Positions 1 through 10,291 of a DNA stretch of 64,000 nt are shown here, piece after piece. How positions within the stretch are numbered: position 1 is the stretch's first letter; each line of letters begins with the position of its first letter. Source of the stretch: an uncultured virus (IMG/VR IMGVR_UViG_3300020421_000004) (Duplodnaviria; Heunggongvirae; Uroviricota; Caudoviricetes); the IMG/VR virus record IMGVR_UViG_3300020421_000004; one strand, 5' to 3'. The notes beneath the pieces were generated by a model. That model saw nothing but the letters and a program-made list of their open reading frames with translations, had not been told where the DNA came from and made no database searches. Position numbers and translations under genes: made by a program.

Positions 1-31
1 CTTTGCGTCTCCCCCCCAATTGTAGTTAATA

Positions 32-154
32 TCAGCCAGTTTTATTATGGCGGTGGTAATACCAGCCTTTTTTTCTAGCCTCAATCAGCCGCTTTTTCTT
101 GTGGCCAATTTCTTTCTTGTTTGGGTTGTGCGCGTCGTTTGTGTTTTTTGACAT
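32..154 (-). CDS. small basic hypothetical protein (40 aa)
   Basis: Manually translated MSKNTNDAH...KTG*, just after the ACUA|G site at 164. Confidence 0.4.
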   Translation of the reverse strand: MSKNTNDAHNPNKKEIGHKKKRLIEARKKGWYYHRHNKTG

Positions 155-172
155 TACGTCATACTAGTAGTT

Positions 173-691
173 TCACTTTTTGTGAAACAATTTAATTGGA
201 AGTATAATATGTTTGTCACGCATTTTTCGTTCAGCATGATTCTTGAAAGCAATCCCTTCGGACCACGTCAATCGTACTTTGCTGTTCTCCAAATGGTATC
301 TTCTAATACCATTCTTATTCTTGACAATTCTTTTAACTTCCAGTTTAGCACCTTTGATATCCTTTGTATTATAGATATCGTGCTTAAACAAATTTCTAAC
401 CTCTTTGGCAGCGAGTTTGTCGCCAACTTTGAAGTCAGGGAAATCATTTCGCATTCCTTTGATGTAGTCTTTATATTTAGTAGACTTGCCATCGGGCAGG
501 AACGCTATAACATGTCGACCGTCACCAGAAAGGTATCCTTTCCTACCATCAGTTGCTAGGAGTTTATCCTTCTTTGGTGGTTTTTTCGGTGTCTTTGTTT
601 TGATTTCTTTTTTGTGAAAAACAGAGTTATGCAGTTTTTCTGCAGCCTCTGTTGTAAATTTTAAATCGCATATTTTGCAATTGTATTTCAT
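173..691 (-). CDS. hypothetical protein with N-terminal C2H2 zinc finger
   Basis: CKIC-x12-H-x4-H; leaderless start TACTAG-ATG. Confidence 0.75.
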   Translation of the reverse strand: MKYNCKICDLKFTTEAAEKLHNSVFHKKEIKTKTPKKPPKKDKLLATDGRKGYLSGDGRHVIAFLPDGKSTKYKDYIKGMRNDFPDFKVGDKLAAKEVRNLFKHDIYNTKDIKGAKLEVKRIVKNKNGIRRYHLENSKVRLTWSEGIAFKNHAERKMRDKHIILPIKLFHKK

Positions 692-710
692 CTAGTATGG
701 CTTTCGCCAA

Positions 711-2315
711 TCACTCTTCTTCAAGACTTTCCTTTCTAAGAAAGTCTCCAAAAATCCTTCTAGCACTTCGACGAACACCGATTTTTTTAGTAGGTAGTTC
801 GCTTGTGCTCTCAGTGGTAGATAACGTTCTATTTCTTCTAGAGACTCGCAGAGTTTGCGAAGCACCAGAATCCATAGTCAGTCTTCCCCTATTTGCCTCA
901 ACCGTTATTTCGGCCAAAGCGTTGGAAACTGTATCTACATATTGAATGATATCCACATTCGAGTCTATACAGACTCGATAGATACCGTTATTCATTTTTG
1001 CAACCTTTTTGTCGCGACGCAGAGTCGAACTGTGAGACAAGCGTATTTTATACACGCCGTCTTCAATTTGACCATAGTCGGTTAAGGTTGAACCAGCCTG
1101 AGTACCATCAAAGTCTCCTTCTCTCCATAAAAAGAGTTCAGAGCCCATGATACCCGGCAGTTTTAGAATATGCTCCTCAAGGGGGCCATCAGTATATGTT
1201 TTCAAGAAAGCATTTGCATTCAGCAATACTTTCTTATTAGTTTCGGGGTAGATATTAGTAGCCACCTTACTTTTCAGCAAGCGAAGTAATTCTTCGTCAT
1301 CAACACCAGGATCGGTGCAGACTATATTGGCTATAGTGTATCTTCCACTTTCGTCAAAAATGCCGTTAAACATTTTGTTATTTTTTCTTTTTGAAAAAGT
1401 GTTTGTAGTTACTGTTTTGCTGTGCAAAGTTTGTTGACCGATTCTGTTTTTGGTGTTTCGGTCATTAAAAAAACCTTGACGTATTTCAAATGTGCTCATC
1501 GAACCAAAGTCTACCCACCCTGTTGAGCGGATTGGATTCTGGTTTAGTATCGCCCGTGTGGGTGCAGTATATTTGAACTTTTTAATTGCGACACAAGTAG
1601 TAAGACCGCCTTCGGTTCTAACTATGGTGTCACGATTGGTATCTGTGGCGTGGGCACGAATTCTTGGAAAACGGTTTTCATGCAGCCATTGCCTAAGTCG
1701 GTTATGGTTGCGGTAATTGTTCGTAATTCCAGTTCTGTTCCTTTGCGACGAGGTTGTAGTCTGCGCTTCTACTAAAGAGGCGCGGAAATCGGACCATTCG
1801 CTGTCCTCCTCTAAAAATCGAGGAGTCGTAGGTAAAAGGAAATATGCCTCAGAATATCCGTCATTATAAAAATTCGTAACAGTATCTAACACTGTGTTAG
1901 TGTAGATGTCGAATTTCGTCGTGATATAGAAGTATTCTTCGTCTTCATTTATTGTATAATTAGTTCGCCGGTAATAAATACCAGCACCAAGTGTACAATA
2001 GCCATCAATACCCATGTTATTACTTCTTGCCCGTGCGTATTGACGGGTGTTAGTTAAAACAAAAAAGTCTTGATACATTGGGGTAAATGTCCGTAAATCT
2101 GCTGCGTAGCCTACCAGACTTCGTCTGGTTTGATCTAGGGACTCTGTCAAAATTAGTAACTCTATTGTGTCAAATGGAGTGGTAGTTATACCGCCACTTG
2201 TCACAGTGATTTTGCCGCACTTATTGTTTTTTATAAGACTCAGAGCCTCGTCAGAGGTTATGAAGTCTAATTCATTGCGTGCGAGCATTTGTTCAATATT
2301 TTCTCTATTGTTCAT
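711..2315 (-). CDS. hypothetical protein (534 aa)
   Basis: Long ORF; TACTAG-ATG start. Confidence 0.85.
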   Translation of the reverse strand: MNNRENIEQMLARNELDFITSDEALSLIKNNKCGKITVTSGGITTTPFDTIELLILTESLDQTRRSLVGYAADLRTFTPMYQDFFVLTNTRQYARARSNNMGIDGYCTLGAGIYYRRTNYTINEDEEYFYITTKFDIYTNTVLDTVTNFYNDGYSEAYFLLPTTPRFLEEDSEWSDFRASLVEAQTTTSSQRNRTGITNNYRNHNRLRQWLHENRFPRIRAHATDTNRDTIVRTEGGLTTCVAIKKFKYTAPTRAILNQNPIRSTGWVDFGSMSTFEIRQGFFNDRNTKNRIGQQTLHSKTVTTNTFSKRKNNKMFNGIFDESGRYTIANIVCTDPGVDDEELLRLLKSKVATNIYPETNKKVLLNANAFLKTYTDGPLEEHILKLPGIMGSELFLWREGDFDGTQAGSTLTDYGQIEDGVYKIRLSHSSTLRRDKKVAKMNNGIYRVCIDSNVDIIQYVDTVSNALAEITVEANRGRLTMDSGASQTLRVSRRNRTLSTTESTSELPTKKIGVRRSARRIFGDFLRKESLEEE

Positions 2316-2333
2316 CTAGTAGCAGGCCACGAA

Positions 2334-2552
2334 TCAAGATTCGTCTTCTGCGCGTAGAACCTTAAGATGGTACTGCGGTGATTTTGCAGTTCGGTCTTTG
2401 GCTCTGGTTTCATACATGTGGACTTTATCGCCAGCGTTGAGGGTTATAGTTTCCCTAATCTGTCCGTAAAAGTGGGTCTCTGTTTTCCCACCTACGGTCT
2501 TGCGTCTTTTCCACATGCCTGTTATGTTTTCAAAAGTTCTTTTCAAAGTCAT
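2334..2552 (-). CDS. hypothetical protein
   Basis: ORF between two punctuation sites. Confidence 0.75.
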   Translation of the reverse strand: MTLKRTFENITGMWKRRKTVGGKTETHFYGQIRETITLNAGDKVHMYETRAKDRTAKSPQYHLKVLRAEDES

Positions 2553-2572
2553 AGTTATCTAGTAAGACGAAA

Positions 2573-3028
2573 CTAAAAAGTTTCATCTAAGTTTAATGGG
2601 TTACCTCTTTCGTCAGTAATCTGGCTTAGCGCCCTCTTGACGAAGTTCATTACGAGTCCTGCATTTAGTCCATCGCGGGTTCCGACATTAGTGTCGACCC
2701 ATCTGGCCTTTTCATCATACATGTTAACTTGGTTAAGATATATCTGCATCTCGGAAGGTTGCTTCCAATAGTGTAGTATTTGATATTCATCAATTACTTC
2801 GAGACTACGATCTAAACAAACGAGATATACGTTACAGTATTCGTCGTTTTGTATCAAAGTAAAAGTAGTCACCGAATTGTTAAGTTCGTCATTAAAAACG
2901 AACTCCTTTGGTGGTAGGTTTCCTTTGAGCCTTCTCGGTGTGACGTTGGCAATCGGGATGATTGGTATATCAGGCTTCTTTTCAGTCTGATTATTTAATC
3001 TGTCAACTATTCGTCTCATATTGTTCAC
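2573..3028 (-). CDS. hypothetical protein
   Basis: GTGA overlap with upstream ORF. Confidence 0.75.
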   Translation of the reverse strand: MNNMRRIVDRLNNQTEKKPDIPIIPIANVTPRRLKGNLPPKEFVFNDELNNSVTTFTLIQNDEYCNVYLVCLDRSLEVIDEYQILHYWKQPSEMQIYLNQVNMYDEKARWVDTNVGTRDGLNAGLVMNFVKRALSQITDERGNPLNLDETF

Positions 3029-3453
3029 TCACCATTCATCCATTCGTTGAATAGTAGTAATCCATTATAGTGCTCTTGCATCCATTCACAGTCATTTGCT
3101 GACAAGTGTCGAATGCAGTGCATAATTTGTGTACAGGCTTTTCCGTCTCGGGAGTGTGGGATTCGTAGTTTGAAATTTGTCATATCAAAATATAGTCCTT
3201 GGCTCCGTCCACGATAGTGCCTGTATTCAGTGTTTATTGAATTTAGTATCGACAAAGTACGTTCACGAGACCTAGCATTATCTGCGGTCTCTTGGTTACT
3301 TCGGTTTATAAAATACTCATTTACACGAACGAAAAAGTGGGTGGATTCTCTGGTGTGAAAATCGTGACTTCCGTTCATATAGTTTCGCAGCGCCTCGCGC
3401 TCCTTTAGCGTATTTCTAATCGGCCTAAATCCGTTATCGTATGTTATTATCAT
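3025..3453 (-). CDS. hypothetical protein
   Basis: TACTAG-AT-ATG start. Confidence 0.75.
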   Translation of the reverse strand: MIITYDNGFRPIRNTLKEREALRNYMNGSHDFHTRESTHFFVRVNEYFINRSNQETADNARSRERTLSILNSINTEYRHYRGRSQGLYFDMTNFKLRIPHSRDGKACTQIMHCIRHLSANDCEWMQEHYNGLLLFNEWMNGE

Positions 3454-3471
3454 ATCTAGTAAGGCTCTCGC

Positions 3472-4245
3472 CTAATCTTGGTTTTCTTCATATATATCGT
3501 CTAATTCGGATTCTGTTCGAGTCTCCAAGTAAGTGCGATATATGGCATCTTTCGCCATCTTATCAAGATTAATCCTACCGTTAGCGAAGCCTTTGATGAC
3601 TCCTCTTGTTGTAGGATGGAATTGCTTTAGTAAATCTGTATTTACTAGGGTAGTAAAGTCTTCTCGCAAGATAGAAATAGCGACTTGATCACCATATACT
3701 CGATCAATTGCTTTTGTTGCAGCGGCCACGTTGTTCAATGAAATCACGTCGATTAGGTAAGTTAATACCCTCTCTTTGTAATTCATGAACGCCAAGCCGT
3801 TGTCCCATCTCCATTCCATAATTTCCCTTTGATGTGGTCGGTTGCCCCAGTACTGTTCAATAGCACCTTTGGACAAAACCTGGGAAAACTTGTAATCTTT
3901 CATATTGTTTCGTATGTAGAAAGCCTTTAGTTCGGATAAGTTCAAGTCTGCATCAGAAGCATTCATATTCATCTTTTTTTCTACAACACTCGTAGTTATA
4001 AATCTACAATCGTTGTTAGAAAAGTTTTCAGAAATACTTTTGTTGTTCTTTATCAGTTTGCTGGTAGGACTGCATATTGCTTTGTTTATTGCATATTTAG
4101 TAACCATGTCGTCGCAAAACGACAGGGCTTGTTCTTCGCTAAAAGTTAGTTCGGTCATATTACCGATTTCTTTTGCGCTTGCTTTGTCCACCATTTGGCT
4201 TATCATCCATTCTAAGTTTTTTTCTTTATTGTTATCATTGTTCAT
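3472..4245 (-). CDS. hypothetical protein (start moved to MNNDNNK)
   Basis: TACTAG-AGAG then ATG at 4245; avoids overlap with 4278 ORF. Confidence 0.75.
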   Translation of the reverse strand: MNNDNNKEKNLEWMISQMVDKASAKEIGNMTELTFSEEQALSFCDDMVTKYAINKAICSPTSKLIKNNKSISENFSNNDCRFITTSVVEKKMNMNASDADLNLSELKAFYIRNNMKDYKFSQVLSKGAIEQYWGNRPHQREIMEWRWDNGLAFMNYKERVLTYLIDVISLNNVAAATKAIDRVYGDQVAISILREDFTTLVNTDLLKQFHPTTRGVIKGFANGRINLDKMAKDAIYRTYLETRTESELDDIYEENQD

Positions 4246-4277
4246 AATAATCTCTCTAGTAAAAGAACTTGCGTTCT

Positions 4278-4883
4278 TTATTGGTTGTTTGCACGCCAAA
4301 CTCGTTCTTGTTCGGCTGCTAGGTCATTGAAGTAAGTCATAAAGTCTTCTGGGGTTGGTAGGTTATCTAAGTCCCATGAAACGGTTAATCTAACCGGATC
4401 ATCTAGGTCTTCGAATATGCCCTTGGAACCGTCACTAGAAGAATACACTTCTAGTTGATTCGAGTCCAGGTCAATTACCCATGCCCATTCGCAAAAGACT
4501 TTGTCTCCTCCAAATTTAAAACTATTTTGTAATAGCATTCTCTTAGGCCCACCACCATAATGTGGTAAATCACCGAGAATTAATTCTAGTATACGACAAC
4601 CAGTGTTTCTATGGAATGCAGGAAATACTGCAAGCCAAGTATCGGAGTGCATTGTTAAATTATGTTCTTCAATACTTCCAATAATTTCGTCCATTTTTAC
4701 CAGTTCTTCTGTAGTAGCCCAAGAGCATCGCTCTAGTTTACGTATGAAGTCTGGTCTGACGAGCCGTTGTAAGAAATTCAGTATGTACAAACCTGCCGAG
4801 TCCGGATATCCGTCCCATTGGCAGTATTGTGCTACTTTTATTTCTTCATTGTGCTTCACTATGGTTAAATTTCTTGTTCCCAT
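4278..4883 (-). CDS. conserved phage hypothetical protein (MGTR...WDGYP family)
   Basis: MGTRNL...QYCQWDGYP and EWAWVIDLD motifs, recalled from phage proteins. Confidence 0.75.
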   Translation of the reverse strand: MGTRNLTIVKHNEEIKVAQYCQWDGYPDSAGLYILNFLQRLVRPDFIRKLERCSWATTEELVKMDEIIGSIEEHNLTMHSDTWLAVFPAFHRNTGCRILELILGDLPHYGGGPKRMLLQNSFKFGGDKVFCEWAWVIDLDSNQLEVYSSSDGSKGIFEDLDDPVRLTVSWDLDNLPTPEDFMTYFNDLAAEQERVWRANNQ

Positions 4884-4905
4884 GTTATCTAGTAAAACGA
4901 CTTAA

Positions 4906-6354
4906 TTACTTAAGTCGATTAAATTCGTCCCTATCTTCATCAGTTATGGTTCCACCGGAACCAGTAGTCTGTAGAAAGTAATTTAGAAATACCTTTTGTA
5001 AATCAGCAACTTTTGGTTCGTTGCGGTCAGTACAGTATCGGTCTGAAACTTCTTTCCACTTTACGTAGAAAGGTTCGTCTCTTAAGACTGCTTGAGCCAT
5101 AACTTGTGTAAGGAGTTCTTCCTCGCTCAAAACTATGGGTGCTTTGACAGACTTTGTTTTTCTTTTCTTGATTACTGCTACTGCAGTTTTATCCAGCGCA
5201 TCCTTGTCAAAGGCTGGGCTTGTTTCAAGGTTAGAAAGCGAAGTCATTATTGTCGCAGTCTCTGTTTTTAAACCGTATACTATGGCGCCACTTTTAGTGA
5301 CACCAAACAGTTCTTGGGGTTGTAACGAATCAGTGGAGTCAGTCAGTGTAAAATTATTTACACTGGGTACTTGTCTTCTTGTTTCAACCGCATCGAACCA
5401 TGTTGGGTAAGTTATACTACTACTTCCTGATATATTATCTGGACTAGTATATATTATATTATTACTTATAGAAGTTGTTTGGACTTCAGATGTTTCATTG
5501 AGTACTCTAACGACTACTTTGCCATTAGTTGTATCATATAAAACATTTAGTTCACCAAATGGTTTACTTTTCTTTATTTTCGTAATTGCTTTACGAATAG
5601 TGCCGCGAGGCATTTCACAAAGGAAAGCCAAGTTAGCAATGTCGTAATCATTTGGTAGAGCATTTTTTACGATGCTTTCATTTTTTATGCTGTGTATTAA
5701 ACTGAGTGAGTTAACATCGAAACCGCTTGCATAATATGCATGCGAAGTCAAAGGCAAATTCGTAGTCGCACCATGTTCTAACAGGTACGATGTCATTGGT
5801 TGGTTCCCACTTGAGGGAGACCTGAGTTCACTTGTGACTATATCACAAAAGTACCCATGTACGCCCTTTATTGGACTCCAAGCCAAAGGAATTGCAAATC
5901 CAGTCAAACCTAGTTCTAGGTTGTATATTTGAGTAGTATTATTTACTCGTCTTGTGTTATGGTTATATCCGCTTCGCCCCGAAGGGCTAATTGGAATATC
6001 CGACTGCTCGTTTGCATTTGCATGTACGCCCGAAGTGTAAATATTCCTTCTTAACCGGGATTTACTTTCAGGGTCGCTCGTGCCTTCAAGTAAGAAATCA
6101 CCTTCAATTGGAAGGCGAGTCTTCTTAGTTAATTCATTTAGTTTCACAAACAAAACATTACCGATTTTGGCGTGTAAAGCGAAAGACAAATTGTTGTCTT
6201 TAACTTGTATATACGCCTTTTCGATGTTGTAGTCTTGCTTGAGAAAAATACTCATCATATTACGATACGCTGAGCGAAACTGCTCGGGTATTTCTACCGT
6301 CGTTGTTTTTCTGTCGCCAGTGCATCCTAAGTTAATTAGTGTGTTTGTATTCAT
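4906..6354 (-). CDS. hypothetical protein (482 aa)
   Basis: Long ORF after a TACTAG site. Confidence 0.85.
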   Translation of the reverse strand: MNTNTLINLGCTGDRKTTTVEIPEQFRSAYRNMMSIFLKQDYNIEKAYIQVKDNNLSFALHAKIGNVLFVKLNELTKKTRLPIEGDFLLEGTSDPESKSRLRRNIYTSGVHANANEQSDIPISPSGRSGYNHNTRRVNNTTQIYNLELGLTGFAIPLAWSPIKGVHGYFCDIVTSELRSPSSGNQPMTSYLLEHGATTNLPLTSHAYYASGFDVNSLSLIHSIKNESIVKNALPNDYDIANLAFLCEMPRGTIRKAITKIKKSKPFGELNVLYDTTNGKVVVRVLNETSEVQTTSISNNIIYTSPDNISGSSSITYPTWFDAVETRRQVPSVNNFTLTDSTDSLQPQELFGVTKSGAIVYGLKTETATIMTSLSNLETSPAFDKDALDKTAVAVIKKRKTKSVKAPIVLSEEELLTQVMAQAVLRDEPFYVKWKEVSDRYCTDRNEPKVADLQKVFLNYFLQTTGSGGTITDEDRDEFNRLK

Positions 6355-6376
6355 TTTAATCTAGTAGAGATTAGAT

Positions 6377-6571
6377 TTATTCTAGTTTCTCAATTTCTTC
6401 TTGCGCGTCTTGAGGTTTGACCTCTAGCACAAAATCGCTAAAAACCTTAATAAATTCTTTAATCTCGGTAAACAAAGCATTGTTTGCTTTTTGTAAAGCA
6501 TTGCCTGCTTTTTGTAAGTTGATAAGTTCATCAAGTTTTTCTTCCACACTCATACTTAAGCCTCCATCCAT
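6377..6571 (-). CDS. small coiled-coil hypothetical protein
   Basis: ORF; likely start at MSVEE after GGAGG. Confidence 0.6.
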   Translation of the reverse strand: MDGGLSMSVEEKLDELINLQKAGNALQKANNALFTEIKEFIKVFSDFVLEVKPQDAQEEIEKLE

Positions 6572-6831
6572 GATTCCAAAGTTTTTTGCTCCTTTGGTAT
6601 TAGGTTGTCGGCATCGTATAATGGCGTTATGCCATATTCTGGTGCTCGGTCTTCTTGTGATAAACTAACATAAAGGCTTGCTGCAGATTTTAATGCAGTG
6701 CCTTCTGTGCGAAATGTCGCACAATCAAGCCAGTATTGTTCGTCAAATTGTTCACCTATTTCTAAGTGAGCAACTTCGAACTCATGGCGTTTTCTGGTGT
6801 ATCGTACAAATATTGATGTATTATCTGACAT
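6556..6831 (-). CDS. hypothetical protein
   Basis: CACCAG-AAGGAG then ATG. Confidence 0.7.
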   Translation of the reverse strand: MSDNTSIFVRYTRKRHEFEVAHLEIGEQFDEQYWLDCATFRTEGTALKSAASLYVSLSQEDRAPEYGITPLYDADNLIPKEQKTLESWMEA

Positions 6832-6843
6832 ATTATCTCCTTC

Positions 6844-7423
6844 TGGTGAAGAGTAAACTATATTGTTTTTTTGAGAAAGTCCAATCCGTGAAATGCATTA
6901 GCATTCGCCATTGGTCTGTGTCTTGTCTTTCAGGTAAGAATCGCTTAATTTTGCGCCGTGTTAACGGTTTGCCCTTTTATAGTGTTGAGCGGAATGTTCC
7001 GCGTCCACCTTGTGCTTTGCGGATGCAAAGTAGATGGGTTGCACCTCTAGATTATACTAGGGGTGACCTTAACAGGGTCAAAAGTAACGATGTCTTCCCT
7101 AGGCTAGAACTGCACGCTTCAGAGTGCTGTTTCTATCCTCAATCTTTCTCAAAAAAACTTACACAAATGTTAATGTTGGTTTTTAGGCCAAAATCGCAGA
7201 AAACAATTTTTGTTTAACCCTTAACAAAGGGTGTTGTTGTTTGCCGCAATCAGGTGTGCAGTGTTAACTTGCGTCACACCGGTTCCGTCAAAGTGTCATC
7301 AAGAATAAGACCAGGTCTATGGTTTTACTCTTACATGATTTGTGTCACTTTGCGGACTCGGTGTTTCGGAAGTTAACACTACGTCATTGGCCTTGCGGCC
7401 TCAGTAGTTTAATCTAACTCTTC
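6844..7423 (-). ncRNA. putative 580-nt structured RNA with K-turn, 7-bp terminal stem and ACCA tail
   Basis: 5' GAAGAGU pairs with 3' ACUCUUC+ACCA; K-turn 7379-7407; long internal stems GUAGUGUUAACUU/AAGUUAACACUGC and GUUUUUUUGAGAAAG/CUUUCUCAAAAAAAC. Confidence 0.7.
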
Positions 7424-7715
7424 TAGTGAATGGTAAGTCCTAATGTGATAATATTATGAGTCACAAGTTCTTGTGGCGATAGTTCATTAATTCTCGTTGA
7501 ACCACGTCAAGTTTATCTTGACAGTGTAATATTATCACTGGTGTCAGAACGGCTAATAATCGATGAAGACCGAAAAACATCGTTTTGCGGATGTAATGTA
7601 TCTTCACGTATTGTTAGGGCTTTGCCAGTGTAGACTGACAAGGGGTTTATGCCCGTTCAGGCTCTGACGCCATACGTCATTAGCCTCTCGGCTTCAGTGT
7701 GTGCTTTACTCATTC
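7424..7715 (-). ncRNA. putative 292-nt K-turn RNA
   Basis: GAAUGAGUAA/UUACCAUUC termini + ACUA; K-turn 7671-7701; stems GGCGUCAGAGC/GUUCUGACACC and GUGAUAAUAUUA/UAAUAUUAUCAC. Confidence 0.7.
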
Positions 7716-8023
7716 TAGTGGAAGTTTCTAAATTCTCAGTGCAACTGTTTGACGCATGTCATGCACCATTACCTGACCCCAAAGGGCAGGTTATGGCAAG
7801 GCATAGCGCATCGCGTAGCGTGCTGCATGGGGCTGGTTGTGCTGAGACGTCTCATAATCCGGTTCTTCGACTATTGACGTGAAATTTATTTTCACGGTGC
7901 AGGTGTAGAGTGCATACTCTACTCCGACGGTTCTTATCGGCGGGATAAGAAATCGGCACGTATCTATAGTCGCCGGTGTTGAGGCGTTTCGTCATTGATT
8001 TTAATCTCAGATTTTACTCTTCC
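7716..8023 (-). ncRNA. putative 308-nt K-turn RNA
   Basis: GGAAG/CUUCC termini + ACUA; K-turn 7989-8011; nested hairpins. Confidence 0.65.
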
Positions 8024-8052
8024 TAATTGTTGGTTTCTGTCTCTTGTCCATC

Positions 8053-8172
8053 TAGTGGAGGACTAAGCATTTTGATGAAATGAGATAGTTCGCCCATCAT
8101 AGGCAACCGCTATCTCAAAAAAGAGACAATAAAACAAGAACCAACATAACTTGTTAATATGCTTACTCCTCC
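8053..8172 (-). ncRNA. putative 120-nt RNA with paired ends
   Basis: GGAGGAGUAAGCAU pairs with AUGCUUAGUCCUCC (one mismatch) + ACUA. Confidence 0.6.
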
Positions 8173-8180
8173 TAGTAGTA

Positions 8181-9041
8181 TCAACCAGTGATACAATTAC
8201 ATTTTTCTGATTTACAAGTAGTACCATCTGCAAGCAGATTGTTCAATTTGTAAATATTTCCACCATCATATGAGATGGGGTTTTCTGGACATCGCCTAAC
8301 TTGTCCCATTGGGTCAACGTCTACCATCTGGAAATCTTCTCCAGGGCAGTTGTTAATTCCAAGTAGGTTGTTTAGAGCAATGTCTCCAATGTATTTTTTA
8401 CCGTCTCCGGTAATGTTCACCCACGGATATTCTGTGAATACTCGTTGGTAGTTTTCCCAAAACTTAAAACCTTGCTGCTCGTAAATCGAGAGCGGTTTGT
8501 AAATTAGGTGTTGTACAGTGTTAGGGTAATTAATAGACTCCAACATTTCTCCAAATGCATCTTCATTTTCATAAAGCCATTCAAAGACCGTTGGGGTCCA
8601 AAGTAAATTGTAATTAATTACAGTAGTAGAGATTTTACTAAGGTCCCATTCTAGGTGTTTAGTTTGTTCCATAAAATCCTGTATGCTTTCAAATCGCATA
8701 TCGTCTACTGAGATAGTCAGAACATCTAAGTTCTGAAAAAATACTTTGTCATCACCGGCTTCGAGTGTGCTCGCCACAGTTGTTACACTTGTGTTGAAAC
8801 CCAAACTTTTGGCGTAGAGTATATATTTTTTAGTCATCTCAAAAGACCCAGGAAATGGGTTCCATGTTATTGCAAAGTCAGTATAACCATTTTCCGCAGC
8901 AGTTTCAATTGCTCGTAAATAGTATGCTTCTGACTTGGTTGCATTTCTCATCTCTTTTGTAACATCTGTTGTTAAGTAGCACCCTTCGCAACTGAGTTGG
9001 CAGTTGAAACTGGGTGCGATTGAAAATATTTTTTTATTCAT
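8181..9041 (-). CDS. radical SAM superfamily protein
   Basis: CQLSCEGC (CxxxCxxC), TISVD, Cys-rich C-terminus (SPASM/twitch-like). Confidence 0.85.
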   Translation of the reverse strand: MNKKIFSIAPSFNCQLSCEGCYLTTDVTKEMRNATKSEAYYLRAIETAAENGYTDFAITWNPFPGSFEMTKKYILYAKSLGFNTSVTTVASTLEAGDDKVFFQNLDVLTISVDDMRFESIQDFMEQTKHLEWDLSKISTTVINYNLLWTPTVFEWLYENEDAFGEMLESINYPNTVQHLIYKPLSIYEQQGFKFWENYQRVFTEYPWVNITGDGKKYIGDIALNNLLGINNCPGEDFQMVDVDPMGQVRRCPENPISYDGGNIYKLNNLLADGTTCKSEKCNCITG

Positions 9042-9054
9042 TTTCTGTCTCTCC

Positions 9055-9507
9055 TAGTGAAAGAAACTATATTATTCTGCGGTTTTGGATTTATTCCAAA
9101 TGGCACATCCCGACTTATCGGGGAGGGACAAAAATTTCCTAGACAAATTTTGCTCGAGATTCGTGTTAATCAAAATAACCCAACTTTGTTGTCTCTGCGC
9201 GCCTGCGCTGTCGAGTCTCTGGCTTTACTATTGCCGATCTCGGTTATTTATTAATACGTTCCTCGTGAAAAGTTGTCGAAAATGTTTTGCCGTGCATAAG
9301 CAGAATTTTTCCAATAGTACACAACTAACGGAAAAGACAGAGAACACGATTTTATTTTTGCCGCACTTCTAATTGTATTTTTAGAAGTTCTGAAAATACG
9401 TTGTTCTCACGTAAATGTGAAATAGTGTTCTGTACTTGTTCTGTTAGTTGTTAACTCTTGGAAAAAAACGTCATTGGCATTAACTGCCTCAGTGTTTTCT
9501 TTCTTTC
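9055..9507 (-). ncRNA. putative 453-nt K-turn RNA
   Basis: GAAAGAAA/UUUCUUUC termini + ACUA; K-turn 9468-9493 followed by a long stem; no minus-strand ORF. Confidence 0.7.
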
Positions 9508-9524
9508 TAGTAGAGTTGTTACAC

Positions 9525-10256
9525 TCATAGTGCCAAGATAAACTCGGCACCTTGTTGTAGAACAACAAATCCTAAGTTGTTGTCCATGATGATTATCGAC
9601 CATGAAGTAGCAGGCCCTAGGTTATTACGCCCAGCCTTTACCATCTTCATTATGATATCATCTATTTGTTTATACCTTTCAGTTGAATCAAATTTTTTCC
9701 CGGCAGTGATTTCATCACACACGCTTTTCCGCCAATTGGCGTACTCAACATGGCTTGTTTCAGTTGCTGAAAAATGGACTTCCAAATGAGACTCTTGGCC
9801 ACTAGCAACGCTTTGCAAGCGGTGCTTAAAGTGGTTGTGAATCTCGGTCATAAAGTCGTCATTGGACATTCTAAAAACATCATCATCGTCTGGTAGACGA
9901 GGAAGTTTGTGCTTTTTTAACCATGATGTATCTGTCGTCAAAGCAATAATTTCACTCCTTTTTAGTGGAACGTTTAATTCTTTTGCTTTTGTTTTAACAG
10001 TCGTCAGGTCTGGTGAATTTCGAACAATTTCTGCAAGTTGCTGGTGGGCGATTTTAAGTTGTTCCCTTTCCGCTTTAGCAGCGTTCTTTTGGTTCAACTT
10101 ACGTTTTGCGTCCGCCTGCGTCTCGAGTTTTAAGTTCTCTCCGACAACTTTAGTGTTGCTTTGGTTTGCTAAAATAAACGCAACAAGTGCGCTGTTATTT
10201 GCTTCCAGTTTTTTCAATTCATTGGTATCTATATTAATTATTATTTCAATAGTCAT
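9525..10256 (-). CDS. hypothetical protein
   Basis: TACTAG-GAGA leader. Confidence 0.8.
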   Translation of the reverse strand: MTIEIIINIDTNELKKLEANNSALVAFILANQSNTKVVGENLKLETQADAKRKLNQKNAAKAEREQLKIAHQQLAEIVRNSPDLTTVKTKAKELNVPLKRSEIIALTTDTSWLKKHKLPRLPDDDDVFRMSNDDFMTEIHNHFKHRLQSVASGQESHLEVHFSATETSHVEYANWRKSVCDEITAGKKFDSTERYKQIDDIIMKMVKAGRNNLGPATSWSIIIMDNNLGFVVLQQGAEFILAL

Positions 10257-10291
10257 ATATTGGTTTCTCCTAGTAATGGCGTGAAGCCATA

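Noticed and set aside
6678..7217. 179-aa plus-strand ORF and other short ORFs in the structured regions
   Set aside because: Antisense to the transcription unit, atypical composition, no ribosome-binding signal
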